Source: Podarcis bocagei
Taxonomy: Eukaryota
DNA: 64,000 nucleotides
Strand: one strand, 5' to 3'
Assembly (NCBI GenBank): GCA_964188305.1
Contig: OZ076888.1
In this document: positions 42,201-53,773 of the stretch, one piece after another
Layout: every line of letters starts with the position of its first letter
Position numbering within the stretch: position 1 is the stretch's first letter
Notes under the pieces: model-generated
The model's database searches: none
What the model was told of the DNA's origin: nothing
The model's input: only the letters and a program-made list of their open reading frames with translations
Position numbers and translations under genes: made by a program

Positions 42201-45200
42201 ACCCTCCCACCCCCTTTCTGCTGGTTACCACTGGCTTAGGTCCTGCTGGTACAACCCACCATCTGGGCTGTCACATTAGATCGCAGCTCCTTGACAGTGG
42301 GGCTTCCCCACCAATGCCACAAGCTCCCTCAATGACAGAAGATGATGTAGCCAGGCAGAGCTGGCTGCTGCATCCAAACCCCCTCCAGCAGAATAGACAA
42401 GGGGTTTGGAGATCATGCTAATTTACAACTACAGACAGTATTGTTTATACTACTGTTTTATTTAGTTTTATTCGTTTATTAAATTTGTATACCACTCTTC
42501 ATCCATAGATCTCAGGGCTGTCCGCAACTTTCTTACAACCCAGTCTTGCATCTCTTTATCACACTGTCTATATTTTGCATGGTTTCCTTCTAAAAACAAC
42601 AACACACCTTCTCTTTCAAATATATTTTAAATATTCCCACATAGGGTCTTTCTTATGGTCAGCATCTGTAACAGTTTGCAGGGTTAATAGCAAAATTCTA
42701 TTTACTAATAATAGGTCCCTCTTGCAGTGGGATAGGTCCCTTGCAATAATAGGTCCCTCAAAGCAGTGGCATAGCGCATCATGCACAAAACACAGAGAAA
42801 ACTACTGAGAGTGGGGAAAGGTTCTCACACACCTCTTGTGTTCAAGGAGGCTTTCTCCCAAGTAAGTGGGAGAAAGGAATATAGGAACATGCACACTGCA
42901 CAATTTTGCCTTCCGTTTCCCTTTCTGGTATTGCTCCTTTCGCTTTCACCTGACATAGCCCCACCCTCACAGAAAAGGAAGCAAACAAAACTTGAGTGCC
43001 CATCACTGACAGGGAAAAGAAGGGCTGATTGTAACTGGGAAGGCTAAAGCTGTTTATTACCATCAGGCGAAGATGAAGTGCCGATGCTCAGCAGGGGCAT
43101 GTGTAAATGTTCACATCCAAGAGATGATCAGAATGGATCTTAATTTACAATCTCCACGTACAAGGCACAGATTTGTTTAGAAATAAACTGTATAGGGCTT
43201 TTTACCAAGCCCCCCTCCCGAGTTGACTAGCCTGGAAAAAAAATATTAGCCAGCTGAGGGGTTGTCAGATGAAGAACTGGGAGCTGCATTTCTATGCTGA
43301 GTGCACAGGAAGAACAGATCACTGCACACATCCTCCACCTCGCCTGTGTGGAATTCTTGGTAGCCATTGGTGACCAGGCCACCTTTGAAAGTTTGAGCAT
43401 TACACCGATCCTGGTCTGACTGCACTGGCTACCAATTAGTTTCAGGGCCCAATTCAAAGTGCTGGTTTTGACCAGCTCAGGACCGCAATACCTCAAGGAC
43501 TGCCTCTTTTCATATAAACCTATTCGGGCCCTGAGATCATCTTCCAAGGCCCTTCTTTGTGTGCCTCCTCCTAGAGAGTTTCGGAGGGTGGCAACACGAG
43601 AATGTGCCTCCTCTGCAGTGGCTCCCTGTCTGTGGAATGCTCTCCCCAGGAAAGATTGCCTAGCACTTTCATTATATACCTTTAGGCACCAAGCAAAAAC
43701 ATTTCTTGTTAACCAGGCCTTTGGCTGATTTGATTGAAATCCTATGCTCTCATAAAATGTGGGGGGGGGGGTTAGGGGGGTGTTATTGGGTTGTTGTTTT
43801 ATTTTGATTATGTATTTTGTGGTTTTATATTTTGATTTTATTCTGTCACCTGCTTTGAGACCTGCAGGTATATAAAATCAATAAATATAATAATAATAAT
43901 AATAATACAGTGGTGCCTCGCAAGACGAAAATAGTTCATTCCGCGAGTCTTTTCGTCTTGCGATGCTTTTCGTCTTGCGAAGCATGGTCCGTCGCAACTG
44001 CGCCTCTTCAAGCGGCTTTAAGAAAAAAGCGCAAGGGAAATTCGTCTAGCGAAGCAACGCAAAACTGAAAAACCCTTCCGTCTAGCGAGTTTTTTGTCTT
44101 GCGAGGCATTCGTCTTGCGGGGCACCACTGTAATAGAGTTCACAGTGTTGTATGTAAGCCTATCCCCTCTTTTTACCTGCACATGTAGGAAATCCACAAT
44201 TAAAGTACGTAGAATTATTTACTGTTAGCTAGTACAGTACTGAACATCTAAAATCCTATATATCTAAGTTTATTTTTAAGCTGGTGCTCATATTCACAGT
44301 GGTACAAGCAAAATATTCTACTATATAGAAGGCAGGCGGGCATTATTTAGTTTCATAACATCTGTTCCAAGCAGAATTGATGGCAAGTATGAAAGACATA
44401 CAAAGAGCGTGTGGCAGAAGGCAGGCAACCCAACAACCAATCGAGGTAAGAAGATGAAGAAAGAGAGTCAAAATGCTACGCATTCTCAACATGGTAAATA
44501 GCCTGGACTGGTTAGGTTTTCAAGGGAGAGTCCTATTCATCCTCAGAAGGGAGATTTTTTTATTTCCCCTGGCTTGATTTGTTAAGCCAACAATTACCTT
44601 TTAACAGACTGCAACACATACCTGAACGTGATCACCTCAATGTTGGGAAGCTCACGGCAGATAGAAATCTAGAAAAAGAGAATCAAGCAGAAGAGAAGCT
44701 TTAGCAAACTTTAGCAGTCTCTTGTTGGTGGGGCAGGGAGGAAGCATGTAGCTTGCTAACTGACCCAGTAAGCCTGTTAGAAATGTTAGGCACTCATACT
44801 GTAAGTTTTTTTTTTGCACCATTTATTTAACTTAAGGCCAAAGAACTCTGAATCAACCAATACTTAAAAAAAAAAAAAAATCCCAGGACTACAGGGCTGG
44901 AAAGGCCACCTGTGTCAAGGCAGGGTGCTCTGCTTCCAAATTACTTACTGTTGTCTCTTTTCTGACAACAGTAGCTTCCTAGGGTCTTAAGACTGTGATC
45001 TTTTCCTGCCAGTAATCATTTTAAGTTGAAGCGCCAAGGATCAAGCCTGGAACCTTCTGAATGCAAAAGCATGTACTCTACCCATGAGCTATATCCCGTA
45101 ATGGAGATCAGTACAGGCAGTGAAGGCTCTGGGTCCATTACAGCCATCATGTCAATACCGTAATTCCCAGTTGGCCGTGAAAGCTAGGCCAAGACAAAGC

Positions 45201-46700
45201 ACAGAGAGGCGGCATCTCAAGGAAGCCAGACAGCTCTTTTGTTTCCTACTTACTGACAATTCCTGCATGAAATAGTGGCTGCTGATACTTGTGCCAAGCT
45301 ACTGTAAAGCCACCTCATCACCTCCTTATTTCTAGTATACTTCTAGTATAGAAGTATAGTTCTAGAAAGAAGCAAAAAGGATCAAGTTATTAACTTTTGC
45401 TTCCTCCTTGGAGCTGGTCTCTCTCTCTCAGTTTGATTTCAACAAGGAACGGCTAAGAACCACTCCTGACCCCATTCCTTCCTCTGCTGGGAAAATTCAA
45501 GTGCTATAATTGATATGAAGACCTTGCCATATCTGCTAATCATAGGAGGACTGGAGCATTTCCCTTTTCCAATAACTAAAACATGCAGGAGAAAACTGGA
45601 TTCTATGCATCCTCTCACTATAATTAGCTTCTGAAGACAAGCAGAAAGCAAAAATTTTGAGATACACTGACTGTTCAACAAGTAAGGTATACAAGGGGGA
45701 GGGGCATCCAAATTCTCTGCTTCTATCCTTTAAAACAACAACGGCAAACACCATGCCAATTCACTGCTTTTTTAGAAAGTTAGGAACAACACTTACATCT
45801 GAGATGCGGCTGCCCCTAAAAGAGAAAAACAATCTTTTTAATAGGTAAAACAGATCATGCACTTAAAATGCTGAAACAGTATTTATAACAAGCAAAGGAA
45901 AGCCACTTGTGAAAGAGACACAATTAAAGGCCTTTACAAGCATTCTGCCTCTCCTCTGCATTTAATGGAAGTGTGTCGAGTGGCACTGCAATGACAAGCT
46001 CTTCCTCAGCCCCTGTGTACACATATATCTGTACACATGTATTTCTGCACCTCTGCAGTGCGTCTACAATTATATGTGCATGAGCACCTCTCCACACAAT
46101 CCGAAACCAGTGGAGAATTGGCTATGCACATATGGGGATACTATGCAGGGATGTTGCAAACGTCCCAATGGAAGAGGAGCCAGACACTGGATGACTGAAA
46201 ACAGTGCAAGCAATCAGGTATGCGTCCTCCAGATGTTGCTGTTGGACTCCAACTTCCAGGAAGTCATTTTGCTGGCCAAGCTTTCCCCAAGGCTGTATCT
46301 GCTGGGGGCAAAACAACTGTTGATTTGTGCCAGGTATGCTGCCAAAAGAGACACTGGCCAGGAGGAAACTGTAGCAACCCTATCAGGTGCAGGAGCACAA
46401 CAGGGGAGGGGAGGGAGAATGGACCGGTTTTAGCATCTTTATTTTGTGTTTCGACCGCGTGGTGAGATTCCTGCATCCCGGGGGTCCCTCCCAACTCCAC
46501 AATTCTATGGTGCCATTATTCTAACTCCCGGATCTTCCGTTCCCCAGCCGGTCAGCCGCGGACCCCTCTTCCACCCCGGTTCCAGCTCCGCCGCCAGGTG
46601 AGCGCTGGCCTCTCTCCCCGTACCAGCAGTTCAGCTTGCGGACGCCGCTGAGGTCGGTGGCCTTTGCCCGGGACAGGACCACCTTACGGGTCAGTTTCAT
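39096..46700 (-). CDS. CFAP410: CFAP410 (C21orf2), LRR-containing cilia- and flagella-associated protein 410, 7 exons, 257 aa
   Basis: Exons of 77+19+47+230+175+97+129 = 774 nt join in frame. N-terminus [27 protein letters not shown]/LRRcap ([33 protein letters not shown]), C-terminal helix [14 protein letters not shown]. Confidence 0.96.
40276..40351. repeat. 76-bp segment duplicated exactly at 42757-42832
   Basis: ctcaaagcagtggcatagcgcatcatgcac...ggttctcacacac is identical at both sites. Confidence 0.95.
40354..40450 (-). CDS. CFAP410: CFAP410 exon 6 ([17 protein letters not shown]...RKKR)
   Basis: ctgcccAG / GTGTGT (an in-frame GTGAGA lies 6 nt further on), 97 nt. Confidence 0.88.
40788..41234 (+). 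mobile_element. Rex1/Babar-like LINE 3' fragment nested in a hAT MITE
   Basis: [20 protein letters not shown]...[17 protein letters not shown]...[18 protein letters not shown] (one frameshift near 40840); ends atgacaataaa; host MITE halves at 40678-40787 and 41233-41262. Confidence 0.8.
41332..41506 (-). CDS. CFAP410: CFAP410 exon 5 ([17 protein letters not shown]...TLEET)
   Basis: tttgcAG / GTGAGA, 175 nt. Confidence 0.93.
41752..41981 (-). CDS. CFAP410: CFAP410 exon 4 ([10 protein letters not shown]...NLQKLDNR)
   Basis: ccaatAG / GTGCGT, 230 nt, LRRs. Confidence 0.95.
42757..42832. repeat. Second copy of the 76-bp segment, preceded by three ATAGGTCCCT micro-repeats
   Basis: Direct identity with 40276-40351; ATAGGTCCCT at 42711, 42732, 42749. 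Confidence 0.95.
43390..43906 (+). mobile_element. L2-like LINE 3' fragment with (TAA)n tail
   Basis: [44 protein letters not shown] motifs. Confidence 0.75.
43908..44130. mobile_element. Tigger/pogo-like MITE, same termini as 10717-11045, opposite orientation
   Basis: TIRs CAGTGGTGCC(T/C)CGCAAGACGAA, TA TSD at 43906-07 and 44131-32. Confidence 0.85.
44622..44668 (-). CDS. CFAP410: CFAP410 exon 3 ([15 protein letters not shown])
   Basis: tttttctAG / GTATGT, 47 nt. Confidence 0.94.
45797..45815 (-). CDS. CFAP410: CFAP410 exon 2, 19-nt microexon (GSRISD)
   Basis: ttctcttttAG / GTAAGT on the minus strand; restores the frame between exons 1 and 3. Confidence 0.93.
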
Positions 46701-47110
46701 GGCCGCGGCGGGGTCGCCGGCCTTCCCGGGCCGGGTCGCCAAGGCCCGCTCGCCAGCTTCCGACGCGTTTCCAAGGGCGGGCCCGGGCGCAGGCGCAGGC
46801 GCAGATGCCTTCGCCTCCATCCCGCTCACGGCAGAGCCGGCACGCTGGGCCGGGGCGGGGCTTAAATTGCCTGCCCCGCCCCTCGCCCTCTTCACCCAGT
46901 GGCGCGAGCCTGAGCCAAACGACTTGCAGGGGCGGAGTTAGTCGCGGCTCTGGACCCCGAGGGGTGGAGTCAGATGAGTGGGCGGAGTCGCCGGGAGATC
47001 GTTAGTACCTTTTGGCGGCGTTGTGCTCTGCGCGTGCGCGTCAACTGAAATAGGAATGCAGCGGTTGACGGCGCTCGCCTGTTCCTCAAATTAATTGTTA
47101 TTATCGCTCC
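46450..47110. promoter_or_regulatory. CpG island / CFAP410 promoter with GC boxes and NRF1 site
   Basis: The most CpG-dense non-repeat stretch in the window. GGGGCGGGG at 46852-46860, GGGGCGGAG at 46929-46937, GGGCGGAG at 46980-46987. 47029-47040 reads CGCGCACGCGCA on the minus strand, an exact NRF1 consensus (YGCGCAYGCGCR). Confidence 0.85.
46624..46700 (-). CDS. CFAP410: CFAP410 exon 1 coding part ([26 protein letters not shown])
   Basis: gccgcggccATG start, GTACGG donor, 77 nt. Confidence 0.94.
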
Positions 47111-47626
47111 TACGTTTTTTTTCCAGCCAAGAACCTCAAAAGTAGCATACATGGAGCTTAGGCCCCCCTTTTTTGAAATGCTAAAGCGACCCTGTGCGGT
47201 TTGTATGTTTGACCCCGGTGTGGGTTAAGGTGGTATGTATGTATATTGAAACTATTTTTTATGAGTTTTGCTTCTATCTTGTCTTTCCTCTAAGGAACTA
47301 AAAGTAGCACGTGCTGTTTCTTCCACTCCAATTTTATCCTCACAGCGACCCTGTAAAGTAGACTAGGCTGAGAGATTGCAACCCGCCCAGGGCAAAGCTT
47401 GTCGGCCTGAGTCTATACCTCAGATAATCTGGGCAGGGACAGTAATATCCAACAAATAAAGCTAAACTTCATAAGCAGTTATACTTGAGTGAGGAACATT
47501 GCACTAAAACTATTTGAAATATACTGTTCTGACTCAGTTTGTAGATCCATCAGGCACACAAAAGTTCTAGCCATTACATGCCTATCCTGTACCCATTTAC
47601 TTAGAGGTTTTGATGATTAAGCAGTA

Positions 47627-47854
47627 CAGTTGCACCTCGGTTTTCGAAAGTAATCCGTCTAAGTTCTGAAACGTTTGAAAACTGAGGCGCAAAGGGCGGC
47701 CTGCAAATTTAATTGAGAAAATTGAGAAACACTCAGCGGAAGCTGTTCGACTTCCAAGGCGCATTCGAAAATGGAAGCATTTACTTCTGGGTTTTCGGCC
47801 TTCAAGTTCCGAAACGTTTGTCAACAGAGATGTTTGAAAACCAAGGCACCTCTG
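47627..47854. mobile_element. Tigger/pogo-like MITE, second family
   Basis: Imperfect TIRs cagttgcacctcggttttc / gaaaaccaaggcacctctg, TA TSD. Confidence 0.7.
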
Positions 47855-49627
47855 TATATTAATCCTGGTAAAATAAATTTACTTTGCAGTTGGCTCCATT
47901 GGTGCTAGTGTAACATCCAGTCTTCAGAAAGAACTATGCAAATTTTAAAAGTTTCCAAATAAATAAAAACAAACAAAACAAACTTTTGAGTGGCTGGGAG
48001 CTTTGTTTTGTTTTTGCTAGTTTATTATGTATTTTGTGTTTTCATGTTGTAAACTACCTTGTGATCTTCAGGTGAAGTGTGGTATATAAATTTAAACAAC
48101 AACAATACCTTGTTTTTCACTGTATCTGTGTATCTTAATAACATGGGCCGCATATGCCCATGATTACCTAGGCAGCTACATCACCCACACCACTCATTAG
48201 CAATTGATAAATGGCATATATATATATAAAATGCAAGGTAAAAATCACAAGAATGGAACAAATGAGTTTGGGGAAAATGCAGTAGCTGAGTGAGGATGGG
48301 CAGATTTAAAACAAGATGGAGATTATTATAACTTTGTAACTAACAAGACTTAAATATTATAGATGGGATACTTTCCTGAAGACCATAGTTGCAGCTTGTA
48401 ACTGTTCCTAGTCTTTTGTACTCTCTCCTAAAGAAGTGGGATTTTGCCAGAATTAGCCATGATCTGGTAATCTCTAGATTAATTACCACAACAAATTTCA
48501 CTCTTACTGGAGTTGCCACTGCTTAGAAGTTTTACTTTGGACAATTTGCAGCTGCTGAGTTTATTTATTTTTATTATTTGCTGTCATCTGTAGCCTCATC
48601 GCAAGAGTTTTCTATTTGTTGTTGACTAATACAATATTACATGAGTACACTTGTACTGGCTACAATTAAACTTCTGGGCACAAAAATCAAAGTTCTGATT
48701 CTTTTTTTTAAATCCCCGTAAAGTCAGAAATTGTCAGGACTTGGCATACTTGAGAAACAACTTTTGTGTTTGTGAACTTTGTCCCCTGTTGTGATCTGGT
48801 CATATGGCCCTGGGTGTCCTTTAAGGGAGGCAACTAAACTATCCATTACCATGAAATGCCTAATTATGCTTTTTTATGGTGCTTAATTATGTAGTACCTG
48901 GATGCAGCTGGGCTTCCATTCTTGTGGTCTTCTTCTTGTTGCTTGTGTCGTTTGCACTGATTTGTAAACTTTCCTGTGTTTTATTTATTGGTGTATTTAC
49001 TGTTTTATCTCACTTTTTATATTTTAACTGTTGGCAACCACCTTGAGGGCTGTTATGATATGGTGGTACTGTATGTAGGTTAACAAGAATCCATAAAAGG
49101 ATACATTTCCTTGAGGAAAGATGTCTAGAGCTTGTGCAACAAATAAGTGACAACTTGGCATTTATACTACAGTGTGGATGGAAAAAGATGCTTGTCTCTG
49201 ACCACCCTTTATCTCAGTCACCAGAGCACCTTTCATATTTCTTCAGCATATATCCTAGAAGCTGTTTGGTGACCTTGATGTCTGAGATTAATGTACTTTC
49301 CATCTTTTCTAAAGTAATTTTTTACATAATTGCCTGTTGGTTTTTCCTTTCACAGAGCTGTAAAAACTTGAAAAGCACTCCTATTCATGGGCACTCAGGG
49401 GCACCTTCTAAGCTCATTAGAGCTTTAGACATACTTGCCTAAATAGACTTGGATCAGGACCTCAGTGGTTATATTGTAGACAGCACGATGCCAGCCAGAT
49501 GGTGGGGTGGAGGGCATCTAAGTTGGCTGAGAAAAGAAGCAGCTAAATCAGGAATAGCCAATGTGGTGCCTGTTGTGGGCCATAGCTCCCATCTGACTGA
49601 GCCAGCATGACCAATGGTTGGTGATAA

Positions 49628-50150
49628 TAGAATCCTAGAATTGAAGGGATCCTGAGGGTCATCTTGACCAACCCCCTGCAATGCAGGAATCTCAACTAAT
49701 GCATCCGTGACAGATGGCCATCCAACCTCTGCTTAAAAACTTCCAAGGAAGGAGAGCCCACCACTTTCTGAGGGAGTCCATTCCACTGTCAAACAGCTCT
49801 TAATGTCAGAAAGTTCTTCCTGAAGTTTAGTTGCAATCTCCTTTTTTGTAACTTGAAGCCATTGGTTTGTGTCCTACCCTCCAAAGCAAGAGAAAACAAG
49901 CTTGCTCCATATTCCATGTGACAGTCCTTTAGATATTTGAAGATAGCCATCATATTTCCTCCCTGACTCCTCTTTACCATGCTAAACGTACCCAACTCCT
50001 TCAACCATTTATCATAAGGCTTGGTTTCCAGATCCTTGATCATCTTGGTTTCCCTCCTCTGCACATGTTTCACCTTGTCAATACCTTCTTCAATTGTGGT
50101 GCCCAGAAGTAAACACAGTATTCCAGGTGGGGTCTGACCAAGGCAGAATA
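49628..50150 (-). mobile_element. CR1 LINE 3' fragment
   Basis: ORF 49789-50073 is homologous to the CR1 ORF2 end; agaatcctagaat tail. Confidence 0.85.
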
Positions 50151-50482
50151 ATGGTCAAAGGAAATACTTTAAGGATCACTGGCCTAAGCATCATGAGTCT
50201 CATGTGCAGCAGATGTCTTAATAAGGTGATATAATAAAGAGGTGGTTTAATAGACAGTACTAGATGAGATTAAAGGTGAGTGGAATGCTTTCCCATGTTA
50301 AAAAAAAATTTAAGTAGAAAACTATCATATTGGGGACAACATTCTGGCTCAGCCTGTCACTTATTTTGCTGCTTTGGTAACTAGTACTTTGTGAGATAGG
50401 TGACTTACTATATCTCCATTAAAATACAATAATGCTTTATGCAATGCAATGGCATTTTCAATTATCATTATATCAATGATAA

Positions 50483-50484
<2 letters not shown>

Positions 50485-50522
<38 letters not shown>
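50485..50522. repeat. (GT)19 microsatellite
   Basis: Direct reading. Confidence 0.95.
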
Positions 50523-50524
<2 letters not shown>

Positions 50525-51329
50525 GAAGGGAGTCTTATCTTTTTAGAACTTTCCCCATTTGGCTCTTATTCCCACCTTTAAATAATTTATTTAAAATGGT
50601 TTTGCATGTGTACATGGAAAGCTAAAATAAGGACTTCTGCTTTTAAATGCATTGCTCACGGATATTTTTATAAATAAACAATCTCCACTAGAAATGATTT
50701 TCTCCATCCACAACATTATTTTGGGGACAGCTATTTATCAATACGTAAAGGGAAGACCCATGAAGTGGTAAGTGAATTTTGACCCTTGCTTTTACCACAA
50801 AGGATCCAACAGATATTATGGCAGCTAGAAGCATGTACTGCTAGCGCAGTACATGGAGTAGTATCTATAAGGCTGGACTGTTGTGGTTGCATGTAGTCAC
50901 AGTCTCTAAGATTTTCATGCAGGCCTTCTACCTTGGGCCATTCCTTGGCTTTCCCCCCAAACAATTTGGTGTATTTTATCCTGATTATATGGAATATTGT
51001 GAGCTAAATGCAGTTATTCACTCTGGGGAATTGTTAGCCTATTTTTACAAGAATGTCACCATAACACTAGCAGGAAGGAGAGTCGGCTAATTGCAGTCGA
51101 ATATACTGCATCCATACTGTATGCAGATCAGACCCCAGAGGCATCTTCTTATTGGGGCATTATTTGTTTCTGATACATGTGGACTAGTAGCCACATTGGA
51201 ACATGCATCAAAAAGCATATTGACTTTTGCCCCATCATTTGTATTGCTCTTTTGGGGAAGCTCCTCAACGGGACTGTTCAAAAACTAGACTGCGTTGTCT
51301 ACAATTGTTCAAGACAGATGTGTGACTCT

Positions 51330-51560
51330 ACACCACACAATCTAGCAAACTCTGGATTTGTCTTCCTGTCCCAAGCTCTTGAGCGGGGCTGGGGACAGTT
51401 TCTTTCTGCAGTGTGATTTGTTGGCAAGCTGCCAACCCTTGATCTGTCTCCTCCTCTTAACTGCAGTCACTTCAGAAAGGCTTCCTCTTTCTCCAGCCAT
51501 AAAGTGACCAGCTTGCAGCATGAGACAGAGGTATGTCCCTCGTGTCTGGCAGGAAGTACA
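51330..51560 (+). promoter_or_regulatory. Candidate TRPM2 promoter/enhancer and non-coding 5' exon ending at 51530
   Basis: Perfect NFI palindrome TTGGC-N5-GCCAA at 51421-51435, PU.1-like GAAAGAGGAAG (minus) at 51481-51491, ETS CAGGAAGT at 51550-51557, RUNX ACCACA at 51332-51337, donor GAG|GTATGT at 51531. Confidence 0.45.
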
Positions 51561-53773
51561 TGAGTAGGAGTGGGATCGGGAGGATGCTGCAGGAAAGGTA
51601 GAGACAAGCTGTTTGTGTGTGTGGCTTTCCGTTGCAAATTCTAAGAACCTTTAAAATGGGGGGAGGGGGGCTGAAGTAGCAAAGGCTGGGAATTTGCACC
51701 TAAGTGATGCTTTGCACATTTAGAGATGGATAAAACAGTCTCTGCAGAAATTGCTTAGTAATTCTACTGACTGGACTGAAATACTCTGCACTGCAAGGTC
51801 AGGAGAAATCCTTGATGCATTTTAAACAGTCTGAGATCGCTTTGTGCAATGCACACGGAACTGGATGCTTATGTGCATAGAGATATTAACTGTACGTGCA
51901 TGCGTGGATGAGTTGATGCTTCGTATTTTCTTCTTTCAAGCTGTACCTCATTAGCTAATGTGTATTTATTCAGAAGTATGTGGATTCAATGTTTCTTACT
52001 CCTAAATAAGTGTGCATAGGATTGCAGTTTATGCCTATAGGAAAACCTTGGCAAAGTGCTTACAGCGAGACCATTTATGAGACTATCCAGAGCTAGAAAA
52101 ATGTCTTTTTGATTTTTGGAGTTAGAATGACATTTTTAGGAAGCTGCTGTGACAAAAGTGCAATCAGTAATAGAGCACATGCTGATACTTTTTATTGGGC
52201 TGTCAGCTGGTGTGAACTTTGCTGGTTACACCATTCCTAATTATATCTCCACCTTCCCTTTGCTAGAAATATTTGAAGCATCATAAAAACCACCTGAGGT
52301 CATTAGTCTCTAGTGGCATAATACGTGTTGTTTCAGATGTTTCCTTAAGTGAATTTTAAAAGGGGGGGGGGGATAATTCAATTACTAATCTTAAGAAAAC
52401 AGTTTAAGATGCAGTATTGGAGCCAGAAAATGTAGATAACTCATATAAATGAAGAGACTTACCATAGTTTGCCCATTTGTATGTTTTTGTCTAAAATTTC
52501 TCAAGTGTTTCCCAACTAAAGAGAGATCAGGGTGGTGTGTAGAGAGGCACTGCTTACAGTAGGTATACAGCACAATTCTAAGCATGTTGGAAGTCTCACT
52601 GAATTCAGATGGGCTTGCTGCCTTGAAAGTATGCTCAGAATTGCAGCCTTAATGCGAGAACAACTGCTGTGCCTTTTCTTGTGGAAAGGACATTACATCT
52701 AGTAACAGATATAAGGATTTGCCATTATTAAAGACTTTGGGTCTCCATGTCACCTTATACCACCTTGTGTACCAGTCACTCCTTAAACATTGGTACCTAA
52801 GATTCCTGGGTAGAAGACTAATAATGTATCCAATAAAGGTGGGTTTCTCTGCTGCATAGCAGAAATTTCTTTCAGTTCAGACAACAGCAGAAAACTGGAT
52901 TGGATACTGGAAAGTATGTGAGAAAGAATTATTGACCAAACAGATTTTGCCATGATTCCCATAAAACGTTAGGACATAAATTGGAAGCCTGTGTGGCCTT
53001 CCAGATGTTGTTGGACTCTAACTCTCATCCACCCCAGCCAACATAGCCAATGGTCCGGGATGATGGGAGCTATAGTCTAGCCACTGCTGGAGGGCCACAG
53101 ATTCCCTACCCCTGTGTTAGACGGTCAACTTTTCCCTTTTCTTGCAAGGAATCCTATTCGGAATAAGGGAATTTCCCTTTAAAAAAGGGGAAAGTTGACA
53201 GCTATGGTTAGGGCGTTATGATATAGTGGAAGATGCAGAAAGTATTAAGATTATTCTATATTTTACTTTTACATATGTCTTGTCTACAAATAAGCAGCAT
53301 CAGTCAGGGGGATCTAGTCTAACTAGAAATAAGCACCTGGTTGACCATGGTGAGAACAGGATGCTAGACTAGATGGGCCTTTGACCTGATCCAGCAAGGC
53401 TCTTTTTGTGTTTTTAAGACTTTCTCCTGCTGTTGCTCAATTAACTGGACAACATTTATCCCTGTAGCTCAGTGATTTTTCAGCATGTTAGTACTTAAAA
53501 TATATTTGTGTACCTTGAATACCAGTCATAACCTCAGTGTTGTGGTACTATCTGAACATAGGGGAATCTAGCAAATTCACCATAATACTTAAATTGAAAT
53601 ATGAGAAAATGATGGAAGTGCTTCAGTCAGCAGATCCATTTTGGTGTTTCCAAAATGCAGGTAGTGCACTCCTGTTGAATTCCACTATCTCTGAGGTGAT
53701 GGTTTTGAGGGATCCTTTTCCAATTGTGTTTGAAGTCTGAACAGCATCAGTGAGTGACCTGAGAAATACAGCC

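Noticed and set aside
46636-47005. Plus-strand ORFs across the CFAP410 first exon
   Set aside because: CpG-island open frames with non-ATG starts and no recognisable homology.
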